Below, in pieces: positions 1 through 14,310 of a stretch of 64,000 nucleotides of DNA; position 1 is the first letter of the stretch, and every line of letters starts with the position of its first letter. The stretch lies in assembly GCA_003427395.1 (NCBI GenBank), contig BFEA01000043.1, forward strand, positions 4,274,814 to 4,338,813, read 5' to 3'. The position numbers were made by a program, and so were the translations under genes. The notes under the pieces are model-generated. The model was not told the origin of the DNA and made no database searches. It was given only the letters and a program-made list of their open reading frames with translations. The DNA is from Chara braunii. Lineage: Eukaryota > Plantae > Charophyceae.

Positions 1-1934
1 GGGGGGGGGGAAAGGGGATTTGCCATAATGCACAAAAAAAGGGGGGGGGGGGTCTCCGTGCTGCACCAAAGAACAGCTAAATCCTATCGAATACCCCATG
101 TAATCACAAAAACTTCGGGAGGTCGGGGTATGCCTGGGAAAGGATATCTTCCCAGGAACTGCCAGCCACTCTAGCGAACTTCGCCAGAGAACCGAGAGAG
201 AGAGAGAGAGAGCCCTGGCGAGTTTGCCGCGGGGTCTGTACAGTTCGCGGGGAGTCTCACCCTCTCTCTCTCTAATTGCAAAATGAGAACGATTTTTTTG
301 TGACATGGCGGGAAAATTTGTTTTCGTATCGTACATTCCTCATGCAAAACCCGTCTCTCTCTCCCGGTCACCCCCCCTCCCATCCTCCACATAAGCTTTT
401 GCAAATCACAGTTGCAAGTCCATGTCCTGGACCAGCGTATGCACACACATATGGTTGGGCTGACGACGTTGCATCACTCCTCGCCATACGACGTCTAATG
501 AGCCATGTCGGACGCCACGGACTTGAGCATGTACTGGAAGGCAAGAGTGCATCCTCTTGAAGACCCACCCGTGCAGGACGTGCAAAGCTACATTCTCTAC
601 TTTTGACGCATGGCTCAACGCTTGCTGCAGCTGGGTACGATCAATGATTTCGACATGACGACGCTCCGAGGAATGGAAGGAGGAGGAAGGTTGCTGGTGA
701 TGGCGACGAAGTACTCACGTTTTCATGGATAATGTTATATAGTCTTCGCCCCTCTCCCGTTGTCCAAAAGGATTTATCGCCAAACTATAATTTTGCCCGC
801 TCGGACAATCCTTTCGCCAAGCCTCCCCTTCGCAGCCTGTTGAGAAGCGGTTCACCGTCCTCCCACTCATTTTTGTTCTCGCCACTCGCACCCTCCCGTT
901 GTCGTTTTGTGTCTTCTTTGACGTGTCCTCCCGCAGGCCCCCCACGTAAAGTTCCTACCCCATCCGTAGCATTAACCTCACCCCCACTTGCATGCACGGG
1001 CTCCAGGACCTCCTCCCTTCGTCGCAGGACGTTGATGTGGCGTTGAGGGTGTCATTGGTTGATGTGGTGGAGGCGACGCTTCAACGGCAGAGCGTGTCGT
1101 TGAAGAAGATACTCGACTGCCTCTGGACAAGAGCGTCAGCGAGAACGTCTACCAACTGCACATTGTCAATGTCGCCCACGTCGATCACAGGGTTCTCTCA
1201 TCCACTTGTATGTTCGTCGACGACCAGCCAGAAGTGGAGGGGGCCGTGGCTCGTTCTGTCTTTCCACCCCATCTTGACGGTTGTGTTGTCGATGCTCGTT
1301 GTGGACGGTCGTCACATTTGCTTTCGGCGCTTCCTCCTCCGTCATGGCGACCCTACGATGGTCTCCCCCACCCTTTCGCCCGATGGGAGCTCCGCTGCCC
1401 CAGCCACCGTCGTGACCCCCCTCTTTGAGTCTTTGACTTTGGGACATGGCGACGTCCTCTCTTTGACCTTCTATATCTTCCGGGATGCTATCTCGCTTCC
1501 TTCCACAGGCAACGCCTCGTGTGGACATCGTCTGCCTGGAAGGCACTGCACAACGAGGGTACGTGGAAGATGGCACCGAGATGGGACAAGGACGCTCCAT
1601 CAAGAACAGTGACAGCAACAAGTGAAGGCACATAGTAAGAAACCTTCTGCAGTTAGAGATGGCGCTGCCACAAGAAAGCTCCTCCTACATTTTTGACGAA
1701 GTGTGTCGATGAGCGGATTTGACGAAGACTCCCAACAACGTCGACTCCACTGTGGCGACGACACGATGGCACCGAATGGGACGACTTTGTTGTGGAGAGG
1801 ACAGCAATGGCGGTGGGAGAGCGCACACGAGGAGGCGACGAATTGTGATATTGACGACACTGTAGCTAAGCGACTTCAATCGATGAGACATCGAAGTGCG
1901 TCGAGGAGGACTTATCGTCGCAAGAAACCTCCAC

Positions 1935-2140
1935 GTGGAGAGGACTCAACCGCCACGAGAAAGCTCCATAGCAACGAATCCACGACGAGCGGACGAGGAC
2001 GACCAGGGATGGATCAATGATGATTCCACGTGGCAAGGACTCCACCACTACGCGAAGGCTCCACAACAACAACTCAGAGGATGAACCAACGATGATTGCA
2101 TATGGCGAGGACTCCACCGCCACGAAAAAGCTCCAAATGG
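1935..2140. repeat. Degenerate tandem repeat, 3 copies of a GAGGACTCCACCGCCACGA(G/A)AAAGCTCCA-like motif
   Basis: Motif recurs at about 1940, 2035 and 2107. Confidence 0.55.
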
Positions 2141-2289
2141 CAAGAAAAGGCATCCTCGGCCACCCTTCCCCCGTCCCGTATAGGCCTCCACGTCCCCCAC
2201 TTCCACCTGAAAAAGGAGGACGGCCCTCCCCCCATCCATCCTAAACACCCCTCACTTCACTCTCTAGGATCTCGCACTGCCGCAACATC

Positions 2290-3100
2290 ATGGAGCATTG
2301 TCGCTTGCTCGCACTATCCATGGTGGTCGCCAGGAGTGTTCTGTGTTTGTCCATGGTGTCGACAATGACTTCGAAGGTTTGTTGTCACATGTTTTCCTCT
2401 TTCCGGACCCGCCCCGTGCTCCCGGTGCTGACAGTGGAATCCTTCGTTAATCCTTGTTCACCGTTTTGTGTTTCTCCTCCACCCACACTGGCGATGGATT
2501 CCGCCCTCATCTCCTCGTGCCTGCTTCGGTCCATCATGAAAAATAATCCCTCCAACCTTATCTTTGTGGGCGTCAGCTTGAAGGAGTCCTTCGCCCCAGA
2601 GCGGTCCTCGAACTTATGAACCGTCTTGAACTGTTACATCAAGTGGTCCCACTTCCACTCCCTATTCTTCATGCAGCCGAAATTGTGCGTGATACCCACG
2701 AAATACAAATCTTGATCCCATTTCGCCCGAACGAGAGCGACCGTGTCTTCCAACGATCAGAAGTTCCGGTCTCTTTCTTGCCCCATCGTTGTCAAGCGCA
2801 TCAATTTCGCAGGGAGACCCTTCCGGCTGCGTCACACAGGATTTAGCAGGACTTCTACCCAAGCGGTGTTGCTCCCGCCCAGTCTGTCAGCCATACCTCT
2901 TGCAAACCCCTACATCAGGATAGGGTCACGCGAGGTACAATTTACCTCCACGTATGGGAGTTGTCACCATTCCGTTGGTGGTTGTATCCCTGCCAAGCTA
3001 CCAAACCACGTGCGAAAGCTTCTTGAGTATTATCGCAGAGGTGGCCCGGTTGAGGGCGTTTCTCGTTCGTTGTAGCATAGGGGTTATGTTGTCGGAGCGA
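2290..3100 (-). pseudogene. Decayed gag-like retrotransposon ORF remnant
   Basis: Broken minus-strand frames begin PMLQRTRNA and include WKWDHLM*QFK, reminiscent of the retrotransposon gag W..L...F pattern. 2937-3090 is visibly homologous to 5535-5680. The gag assignment is weak. Confidence 0.3.
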
Positions 3101-5499
3101 ATACCCTTACAAGGGTATTTGCCCATGTTTTGGCAGCTCACATAAGCCACATCTGTAGCACTATCTGAGGTACTGGCACATTCATTTCTACGAGGCCCTC
3201 AACCGTCTCTCAAAAGTCGAAACGGCGAGCGTGAGCTTGGTCAAATCAAAGAGTATGTGAGTGCGCACCTTGAGGGCGCACGTTGATTTACGTAGGCGTC
3301 AAGTAATTTAGTAAACAGATAGTGTAGTTACTAACCTTGCATGACAGTGCAAGCTAGAGAAGGGTCAGAATTTTGGTTAGCATCACGGTGCCCACCGAGT
3401 GCGCACGTGCACAGACCAACATTTTCATGGTCAACGTCAAGGATAATTAACTACGGTCTGAGAGGAGTTTTGTTTGACTTACCTAAGGTGGCGCTTAGGT
3501 CTGCGTATTGTGAGGTATATTGAGTAGTTAGATTGGTTGTGTTTTGGTCGGTAGTCGAAACCGCCCACGACCTTAGCAAGGTTGGTGTAAATAAAGTACA
3601 ACATAAGTAAAAGTCGGGGTTTCACGACGTCGAGGTAGTAAAAGTGCGGCTTTTTTAGGGAGTAGCCAACTGAGAGGGCCGAAATTCTTGGCGGCTGTTT
3701 GATTTCATCATATGTGTGGCAGACACGAGTAAAATCGGCCCTTCCAAGCAGCAAGTGCGGGATGTGTAGTGATCGTGGGAGTGACCGGTGGTCAAAGGTC
3801 CGGCCTTTGTTGTAGTTTGTCAGGCCTAGAAGCAGGACGGAGGCAATTTGTAACGAAATTTCCGCCTGCTATACACACAGGCTTAACACTATTGATTACG
3901 ACATTCAACTTCGAGGAGGCAGATTCGGGGATTTAGGCCAGCAGCTGACGACAAGGGAGTTGTGGAGTGCCACTGAAGGTAATTGAGGGGTTGAGGGTCC
4001 AATGGACTGTTCCCCTTGGTTTTTGTGGTCGAACCCGACTGTGGGCCCGATTAGTGAAGCCGAAGGGGGCCGTTTGGTTCCTTTCTTTCCCCTTCTCCCA
4101 ATTTTCTCCTTTTTCTATTTTATTTTATTTTACCTTTATTTTGTTTTAGAACTAGGTCCGGTACTAGGTCCGGTACTAGTTCCGGGACATGCGTCGGGGC
4201 CCACGGGCCTGGCCAATTAGTAAACCCCTGAACTGTTGAAAAACGGACCCAAGTTCGGACTTTGTTATAAGCGGAGAAAAACAATATCGCAATGATGAAC
4301 CAGTCGAACTTGGCTGTGATGCGGTAGGTGTACGTCAGAGGGCACGATTTCGGCCCAATCGAAGAATATCGTGGTGCGTTGTTGTTTCTCGTTCTTCCCT
4401 TAGCTCGGTAGGATGAACCCGGTGCCCAATTATGGTCGGGTTCAGGCTGAAGGGACGTAGCAGGAAGCTAGGCATAAGAATAGTAAGGTTGGACCGAGCG
4501 GAGAGAGCCTACATAACAAAAGGATTGAAATGCAATCGGATTTTTTTTTACTGCTATCGCAACACTAATTGTTATCGGGTCAATAAGAAGAGGAGTCACG
4601 ATTAGAGAAAAGAAGGAGAGAAAGAGTAGGGAGGAGAAACAGGACTCGGAGACATAGGAAATGAGAAGGAGGAGGAGGGGAGAACGGATTGCGCAGTGTG
4701 TTCCTTATCATGGTCGCATACGTTACAATAGTAATCATCATCTCGCCATGCCTACGGGTCTGGCACATTCGTGTAACTAAAGGTGGCATACTGTCCAAAA
4801 AGGAGCAAGCGAGAAGGTGGTGTGGAAGGTAAGGTCGGAGAAAGGAGACGAAGGGTGACGAGGGAAAAGGCAACGTGGATAGGAAAAAATATCGATCCGT
4901 TTTCTGACGGAGTTGGGCTGGGAAGGGATCGAAGTTTTCAGGACAGGTGGCCCCGATTTTGAAGTAAGATTGGTGGTTAGTACATTAGATGAAAAGTTAG
5001 AAGTAAAAGGGGGTGCGCATTATCGAGCACTCGGGTCCCACGCAGAGCGGGACCCTCCTGGCTGTGTCATGCAAGAGTTAGCGAATCGCAATACAAATGG
5101 AGCTTTCGCAGCCGCTCTAGACGAGTGCGCCAACCATACCTCTCGCCAGCCCCTACGACAGGATAGGGCCTACGCAAGATACAACTTACCTCCAGGGGCT
5201 CGCCGCATCACCACAAATAATGTCCTCAAACATTTCGTGAACAAACAATGCACGATCGTAACACAAACATAAAAAAATCAAACAAGCAAAAAAAAAAGAA
5301 AAAAAAATCTCAAAAACACTATAAAACCCTATTCGGAGTAGCTTTCGGAGTTCGCCAAATGATTCTCCGAATTCAGTGTTTTTGCCAATTTTTTTGTTAC
5401 TGGTCCAAATACGTTGAAATTGAATTCAGATATAGATATCACACAAAAAAATAAACAAGAAAAAAATTAAAAATTCAGAGAAATATGGCAGTTTCGATG

Positions 5500-8400
5500 A
5501 AAATTTCACCGAAAATAACACCACTTGTTAACCATTACTTCCACCTGCGGGAGTTGTCACCTCCCTTCGGTGGGGGTATCCCTGTAGAACTACCAATCCA
5601 CAATACGAAAGTTCATCAGTTGCAATCGCAGAGGTGGGTCAGTCGATGGTGTTTCTCGTACGTTGTAGCATAGGGGGTATGCGCGGTCCCCCTCCTCTAT
5701 TAGACCCGCACACAAACCGACGCATTGAAATCCCAAGGTGTAACTCGTCGTCGGTCGACTAGGACACATCCCACTCACCACACGTTACACCACGTTTTAA
5801 CATAAAATTAAAACACACTCAAACAACTCAACACTCCTGGTCACCTCGGTATCCAACCCACAACTTTCAAATACGGAAAATCGGTTAGTCAAGGAGCACG
5901 AGACTTACTAAAAAAACCGCGCGGACGCAGGGCCTTCTGATATTGATTAGCAATGCACTCTTATGCAAGTAGTCGCAATGTTGGCGTACTATATAGTACC
6001 CATAATCACACGGTCCTCGATAGTCTCGAGGGTCACGTTCGACACTCAAGTGTCGGAGAACACACGCCTCGAGGAGTTAATCTCTCGACGCAAGACAACC
6101 ACCATGTGCGGTTGAGAACCACACCATTTTCTGCACCCTGCAGAGAGTGAGTGGTATACAGATTCATACATGTGGTGCTCGTCGTCTCTTATCGTCCAGG
6201 AACCAACTCCATTATCCAGGGCCTGGAGAGAAATCAAGGGGCTTAGCTTTGACGGCTGCCACGAATTACAATTTTCAACTATAATAACTCTAAAAAGCAA
6301 AGGATAAAAGGGAGATCACCATTTTCTCTCAAGGCGAACTCAAATTAACCCTTACGCACGGTCGCAGTAGGTCGCGTGAACATTTAAGGCATATGTATAC
6401 ACATATATAACAGGGGTTTATAATATGGGACGATCACTTCTCACAATCACAGTGGGACTCCTCTCAGTCATATATATGTGTAATCGAAGGCAGTCAAATC
6501 AAAAGTTCGAACAACAAACATACATGCAATCATATCAAAGATTCAACCAAAGTTCACACAGTACACGGGGTCAACTTCAACTATTATTTACGCTCATACC
6601 CCTTGCCTTAGCCATATACGCCTCAACCTTTGTCCAACCTTCCATAAATAAAATGACTCAGTATCTTTGTTAAATGATCATTCAATAAAGTCCAGGTACA
6701 AACCCAATGAAACAAATTAAATCATAGGACTAAAGTCTTTGGGTTGAGTTGGCAAGAGTGAATTTGAGTTAAATCGTAAACCCATGAATCAGTAACCGAC
6801 ATGTTATTAGTAATAACAGAAGATGATCCTCGTAGGATCAAGCTGAATCTAGTCCGGATTCTGAATTGAAATATTCAAAGAAGGTCTGTGGCACAAAACA
6901 GGTTAATGTCAAAGGTTAAACTATCAGTGCATAAGGAACAAATCTCCATAGCACATTCTCACTCAATATTATCCTTATGCTAAGTCTAGGTCTACCTCTA
7001 AGCCAGTGTCCAAAGAAAGGTAGACCTTTGACAACATCTCCCCTATGCAGGGTGGATTGTCCGAATCGCCACCTGTCAAAATATAATTTATCTTCTCTAA
7101 ACTAAGAAAACTTTGGCAGCGTTTCCCGTAGAAAAAGTGTCTTTTCAGAATTTGTACTAGCTTGAATACCAAATTTGAAATAATCTCAAACTCTAGAAAG
7201 TCAAATTTTGTCTAACTTCCTGAATCAGTAAAACTTTGGGCAACATTTCCTTCATAAAATGAGACTTATCAAATTTGTACAAACTCAAATATGAACTCAA
7301 ACATAAGACTTGAGTTTTATCAAGACAAAATTTAATCAACTCTTTAGATTTGTAGAAATTTTGATAGTGTTTCTCGTAGGAGAAGTAACTTTCCAAAATT
7401 TATACAAAACTAAATACTAAATCTGAAAATAATTCTGACTTCTCAACGTGGAATTTTGTCAAACTCCCTCAATTAGTAAAAATTTGGGCAGCACGTCCCC
7501 AAGAAAAGAAGGTTTTCTAAATTTTTACTAAGTCATATATATAACTTAGACAAAAATTTAAAATTTTGAAAGTCAAATTTGACGAACTCCTTGGATTTGT
7601 AGAAACTTCGGCAGTGTTTCCCGTAAAGAAAGTAGCTTACCAAGATTTATACAAACCCAAGTATAATAAATAATCTTAAAAAATATGAGAATTGACCTAA
7701 GGAAAAAAACGTTAGCTAAAAAAACGTAGAAATTGAGCACGTGGTTAATACCTAAAGCAACTACCTGTGAAACTGAAACTTAGACTAAGTAGTGATCTCA
7801 CTCAGCGACATGCAAGGTCAAACCACAAAGGTAAGTATTCTCACTAGCCCCAAGGTTAAACCTTATCAAATAATATTTCATAATCTTTCAATGATTTGTC
7901 TCTTATACCCAGTTTACATAGAGCATAAAGCTAGATTATCCAAACTTATGGAAACCTGTCTAGCTCAACCATTGGATATACACAAACACATGGCACCACA
8001 ACGTTTCTCTTCCTTGGGCATGTGACTAGGCCGTCCAACCTAGTCGCCCTGAACTATTTAAAGTATTCAAGTTATATATATATCTTTCTGCTTCTTAGTA
8101 TTATATGGAAGCATATGACTTAACCGTTCAACTTAGAAACAAGGTTCAACCTGCCTCATTCTTACCAGAAGTTTATTATTAATTTATACTCTCTTGAGTT
8201 TATGATAAGTTATAGTCAGACCATCCAAATTTATGGAAATATGTCTGACTAGCAAGTTCATAAGTAAAATAGTATAAGGATATAGTCAAAATTTACCTCT
8301 TCTGGTTTCCGAATGTGCGTGGCTCCAGACCAGACCATCCAAACTTATGAAAATATGTCCACTCCTTCGTCTGATTTTCCCTCAGAATAAACAAAAAACG

Positions 8401-11400
8401 TTAGAGTCATCCAAACTTATGGAACATGCTCAACTCCTTTCAGAAACCAATAAAACATGAGAAACTCAAAATAAAAACAAGGCGTTCAAACCATCCAAAC
8501 TTATGAAAACCTGCTTGGTCTCTGAAAAGGCAGTCACAAACAGCTCTTGCAAGTCAGAGCAACCAGACCATCCAAACTTATGGAAACCTGTTTGGTTCTC
8601 CAGACAATAAAAAAAAAAAAAACATAGCATTGGGTCCTCAAAACTTATGGAGACTAGCCCAACCTTTGATTGACCCAATCAAATGCATGCAAGACCACCT
8701 TCCTTCTTCCTTCCAGATGCAAACCCACTTACAATCTGCTTTCAGACAGACTATAAAAGAGAAATTGAAAATTGCACATGCATTTCTTTGCTTAACTCTG
8801 AATTGTATCCAGAAAGTTAAACTCAAAGTCAATATAGGATTTATGAAGTATACTAAGTCAAACGGTAGCAAGAAGTACATATAGGGGTTAAAACTGGGTT
8901 TATAGAGGGAGACGAAGTTTTACCTCTCAGTTCCTGCCTCCAAAACTCCTCTTGAGTTCCGATAGAGTTCCCTCAATCGGTGGCCAAACTCCCCACAGAG
9001 TCTTGATGCGGTCCTACAAGTTGCAATCCCACATGCCGCCTTCCTCTCGTAACCAACAGACTAGACTTTAAGTAAGAAGGGCAAAAGGAGGGGTTTTGGA
9101 CGCTCGAGATATAGGAAGGGGATAACTCAACTCTCAGAGGAGGGCCTTGATATCTTCATGCGCCTGAGGGTCCTGCAATGGTGGTCAAAAGGTGTGTCAC
9201 ATCTTGGTCTAACTGAAGTCCAACTGCCTGCTGTTGACTCTCTGTCGACTCTCTTACTCGCAGTAACGACCCCCACCTTCAAAAGATTCGACCACTCTGC
9301 AGAGCTTCGTGGTCCGGAATGCACTGGCCACAGTTCAAAACCCGGTTGTGACTCAACCAATACAGTCCTTACTCGCGTTGAGGTAAAACAACAACGCGCT
9401 TTATCTGACCATGCAATTAGCAGTGTCGGGTAAAGTGCATGCAAATAGTGACCAGGTAGACCACCGCCTGCATCTGGTGCGTATTCAATCTGCAGCCGGA
9501 GTCACGCTACTTTATTTAGTAGGCGGCTAAGTTCGCAGTCCCGCCTACTGCTCTTCAGCCGGTAAGATGGACAGCGCGCCAACCAACCGGTACGTTCCAA
9601 GTCGTGGCAGGCATGACTCTTTGGGCTGCAGGTAAAATTCTCCCCCTGATGCCATTTCTAACTGCAAAGAGTGATCAGGTCATACAACCCGGCACAGTTG
9701 TCGCGTCCGCCTTCTTAGCTGTTCGTAGCAGCGCTTTGGCTGTTCTCCTGACTCTGAGCAACAACGGGCTCACGTACACAGCTCAACCTAAGTTAACAAC
9801 TTCATAGCTTAGGGAGAGTCGCACGTCCGCATCTGTTGGCGACCTTGCAGCTCGGCATACAGCCCGACTTCCACATCGTCTCGCATCGCCAGCCCACTAG
9901 GTGAATCCTCAGCCTCACAGTTTGGCTTCGCTGCTTCGGTTCGACAGTCAGTTTGGCCGCTAACAGATCAACAAACAAGTCTTTGATCCCGTAGTCGCCT
10001 AATGTTGTCTCCACCGATATGATAAGCAAAATTGAATGAATTTGTCGTTAATTGTGGAAATGTACACTGATCTCTTAGCCAAGGACACAGAGGGGTACAG
10101 AGGCTACTTCCATCGTTTGGCTTGAGCAAAACCGGAATGAATCTTCCGCTAGAAAGTGGAGATGTACCATTACTTCAAAATCGTTCCTTCAACTCGCAGC
10201 CCTTGTACTCACGACGTTAAGTCTACTGCCCTATCCTTGATTCCGCCTCCATCATTCATCTCGTTTAGGCTCCGAACCTCTCGCCTCCTTGAATACTCGC
10301 TCAGTGACTACCTTGATTATTTTGCACCCACTATCCTCTTATCCCTGATCTCCTAGTATTGCTATTGAGTAATCGATCGGCGCTAGAGGTAAGGCTCTTT
10401 CCTCCCTTTACCCAGTCTCACTTGCTACCTTCCCACATGTATCGTGATGTAGCGGACTAAGATACCAGGCACGTTCATAAGGTACCTTATTAGAATCAGC
10501 AAGCCAACGGAAGCGGCCATCTCCAGTTAATCAAAGACCATCGCGACACTATCCCAGCACTGCAGTAAAAATAGGCATGAGCAGTGCATCGAAGAGTACT
10601 GCATTCAAGGCACTTCGATAACAACAAATAGCCCGAACTTCCTTTGTCTTTCACACTACGTCCGTCGTCGTTTCTTCACACTGTAGCTGACTTTCCTCTA
10701 CTTTCTTCCATATGTCTGCCTTCATGCTGTAGTCTCACCCTGCTGCAGATGATCCGAAATCCACCGCAGAACCGCATCACAACGATAGTGTTGTTAAATC
10801 GGGTACAAGGATCGCAACCACTGGGTAAGTACCAGACACGTAAATTTTGAATAGATCTTCGACTAGAACTTGGAAAGATATGCCCACTATCCTGCGTAAA
10901 TAACGGACAAATCTTCCGCTGAAACTTAGTTAGATACACACCAGGTAAGTTTGTATTCTCCCCCTCAAATTCTATTTTTGTATCCCACGCAAATCTGCTC
11001 ACCTCCTACGTGCTACTCTTTCCCTCCGCACGGCCCTCCGAATCGCAACCATACCGTGTAATATCGAATGAACCTTCCTCTAAAACACAGGAAGGTACAT
11101 AGACCATTCCTTCGGCGTGTTCCTACCTAGCCCATTTGCATCATGCAGCCCCTATGCTCTGTTGCCGTCAAACCGGTGGCTGGCGTCGAATTCTGTCACT
11201 GCCAAAGTCTTCACAATGCCTCTAAACCCAGCTTAGTATCTCTTCTTGCTCGTTTTCATTAAGAAACGAGCGAGGTATTTCTTTTCATCCCGACTGCCCT
11301 CCCTTCTCCACCTCCACATAACACCCTTTCTTACTAACGCTACCACCGCCGTTTTACTGCCAATTTGCCAAACTATCACTAGCACAGCACTCGTCATACC

Positions 11401-11900
11401 CAGAAGTCTCCTATCTCCACTCCCGTGCACCTCAGGCTATTATCATTGAGGGACGGAGGGAGGATCTCTTCTCCTACCCACCATGTTCATTCCAATTATT
11501 GCGACTTTCTTGTTGATGCACCTGGCCGCCTACTCGGCCTCGTTCCCTTGATTCCATCGACATAGTAAGGACTCACAGCCACTGAGGGATGACGACCGTC
11601 AATGCAGTAGTGACAATCAACGTGATGGAGAAGTGTTGAACTCCTAGACCCACATCGCATGACTCCAGTGCTTCTGACAAAAATCTCATGAGGGAACAAA
11701 CTACTTGACACCCGACAAGTCTTTCACCTCTATACTACTGTTCGATGGCCGATTTGCACGCCAATATCGTTGCGAGTCTCCACCGAAGCTCTCTCTAGCC
11801 TCCCTATACAACTGAGCTCTCCACCTTTCGGACCCTCACCAAGCAAGCCCTTCCTTGGTCGGCCGATAGCTGAGCATTGGGCGCATCTCTGCGGAAAGCC
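5500..11900 (-). mobile_element. Degenerate unclassified retroelement-like unit A: unknown ORF remnant, hairpin array, non-coding tract, then start of gag-like sequence
   Basis: Collinear reverse-complement homology to unit B in several blocks (9000-9067 vs 16720-16782; 6792-6850 vs 18996-19058; 6520-6615 vs 19220-19322). LTR, PBS and PPT not identified. Confidence 0.5.
7929..8665 (-). repeat. Array of 6-7 hairpin units with conserved core CCATCCAAACTTATGGAAA (plus strand) and variable self-complementary flanks
   Basis: AGCTAGA..TCTAGCT (7929-7965), TAGTCAGAC..GTCTGACTA (8213-8251), AACCAGAC..GTTTGGTT (8561-8597), TTGGG..CCCAA (8630-8662); further cores near 8335, 8408 and 8491. Confidence 0.8.
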
Positions 11901-11991
11901 TACGTAGAAAGGTTATCACATGACCGGTCCACAAGCAGTTATCGCATACCAGAAAATTCACATATGAAAATTGTGAAGTGGGAAAAACGTT

Positions 11992-12029
11992 CTGTCTCTT
12001 ATACACATCTAGATGTGTATAAGAGACAG
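11992..12029. other. Nextera mate-pair junction adaptor (Tn5 mosaic-end palindrome), assembly artefact
   Basis: Exact CTGTCTCTTATACACATCT+AGATGTGTATAAGAGACAG, flanked by a 75-bp direct duplication (11917-11991 = 12030-12104). Confidence 0.98.
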
Positions 12030-12214
12030 CACATGACCGGTCCACAAGCAGTTATCGCATACCAGAAAATTCACATATGAAAATTGTGAAGTGGGAAAAA
12101 CGTTGTTGGTTTGTGTATCCCGAAGAAAAGTTTCCCAATCATGAAATCGGGAGGAGGTTTAAGTTGTTTATGGTGAAACCATATAGTAAACTGAGTTTTC
12201 GAACACATGTATAT

Positions 12215-14310
12215 CAAGTTACCCGAAAATCATGAAGCATCCCGAAGTAGCTTGAACAAATGACCATAAGAGTTACTTTCATAGTTTTCCTGACGTTCAT
12301 CACTTCAGGATGCTTCATGGTTTTGGGGTATCTTGAACAAATAGTCATAAGGGTTACTTTCATAGTCTTCGAAATGTTCATAACTTCAGGATGCTTCATG
12401 ATTTTCGGGTAGCTTGAACGGATGGTCATAAGGGTTGCTTTCATGGTGTTCGGGACGCTTATCATTCGGGACACTTTATGATTTTCGGGTAGCTTAAACA
12501 GATAGTCATAAGAATTTCTTCATGGTCTTCAGGACGCTCATCACTTCAGGATGCTTCATGATTTTCGGGTAGCTTGAACATATGGTCATAAGGGTTGCTT
12601 TCATGTTTTTTGGGTCGTTCATCACTTCATGATGCTTCATGATTTTCGAGAAGCTTGAACAGATGGCCATAAGGATTGCTTTCATGGTCTTCAGGACGTT
12701 CATTACCTCGTGATGCTTCATGATTTTCAGGTAGTTTGAACAGATAGCCATAAGGGTTGGTTTCATGTTCTTTGGGACGTTCATCACTTCAGGATGCTTC
12801 ACGATTTTTGGGTAGCTTGAACAGATGGTTGTAAGATTTGCTTTCATTGTCTTCGGGACGTTCATCACTTCAGGATGCTTCATGATTATCGGGTAGCTTG
12901 AACAGATGGTTGTATGAAGTTCTTTTATGGTCTTCGGGACATTCATCACTTCGGAATGCTTCATGATTTTTGGGTTGTTTGAAAATATGGTCAGTATGGT
13001 TCTTTCAAGGTCCTCACGACGAAGAGAGTCCCGGAGCCATCTATTTAAGCTACCTGAAAATCATGAAGTATCTAGAAGTGATGAAAGTTCCAAAGACCAA
13101 GAAAACCACCGTTATAGTCATTTGTTCAAGCTACCCGAAAATCACAGAGCATCCTGAAGTGATGAACGTCCCAAAAATCATCAAACCAACCATTTTGGTC
13201 ATCTGTTTAAGCTACCGAAAAGTCATAAAGCATCCTGAAGTGATGAACATCCCGAAAACTATGAAAGAAACCTTTATGCTCATCTATTCAAGCTACCCGA
13301 AAATCATGAAGCATCCTGAAGTGATGAACTCCCGGAAGACTATACAGCAACCTTTATGACAATCTGTTCTAAGCATCTCGAAATGATGAACGTCTCGAAG
13401 ACAGTGGAAGCAACCTTTTTAACCCTCTGTTCAAGTTACCTGAAAATCATGAAGCATCCCGAAGTGATGAACGTCCTGAAGTCCATGAAAGCAATCATTA
13501 TAACCACTTGTTCAAGCTGCCCGAAAATAATGAAGCATCTCGAAATGATAAACGTCATGAAGACCATGATAACAACTCTTATAACTCTCTGTTCAAGCTA
13601 CCTGAAAATCATGAACCATCCCGAAGTATTGAACGTCCTGAAGACCACGAAAGCAACCCTTATGGTCATTTGTTCAAATTACCCGAAAAGCATAAAGCAT
13701 CCCAAAGTGATGAACATCCCGAAGACCATGAAAGCAACCGTTATGATCATGTGTTCAAGTTATCTGAAAATCATAAAGCATCCCGAAGTGATGAACGTCC
13801 CGAAGACGATGATAGCAACTCTTATGATCATTTATTGAAGCTACCTGAAAATCATGAAGCATCCCGAAGTGATGAACGTCTCGAAGACCATGAAAGTCAC
13901 ACGTATAGCCATCCGTTCAAGCTATCTGAAAATCATGAAGCATCCCGAAGTTATGAACGTCCCGAAGACCATGAAAGCAACCCTTATGGCGATCTGTTCA
14001 AACTATCCAAAAATCATGAAGCATAAGTGATGAGCGTCTCGAAGACCATGAAAACAACCTTTATGGTTATCTGTTCAATGTACACGAAAAGCATGAAGCA
14101 TCCCGAAGTGATGAACGTCATGAAGACCATGAAAGTAACTTTTCTGGTCATCTGTTTAAGCGAGCCGAAAATCATAAAACAGTCCGAAGTGATGAACGTC
14201 TTGAAAACTAAGAAAGCGACCTTTATGGTTATCTGTTCAAACTACTCGAATATCATGAAACATTTTGAAGTGATAAATGTCTCGAAGACCATGAAAGCAA
14301 CCCTTATGGC
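12215..14310. repeat. 81-bp tandem satellite, about 25 units, with internal inversion
   Basis: Unit approx. AAGCTACCCGAAAATCATGAAGCATCCCGAAGTGATGAACGTCCCGAAGACCATGAAAGCAACCCTTATGACCATCTGTTC; period 81 (13130, 13211, 13292). Reverse orientation about 12247-13010, forward about 13015-14310, short forward piece 12215-12246. Confidence 0.92.

Noticed and set aside
11917-12104. Perfect 38-bp palindrome between direct repeats, resembling a Tn5-like insertion
   Set aside because: Identical to the Nextera mate-pair junction adaptor; library artefact.
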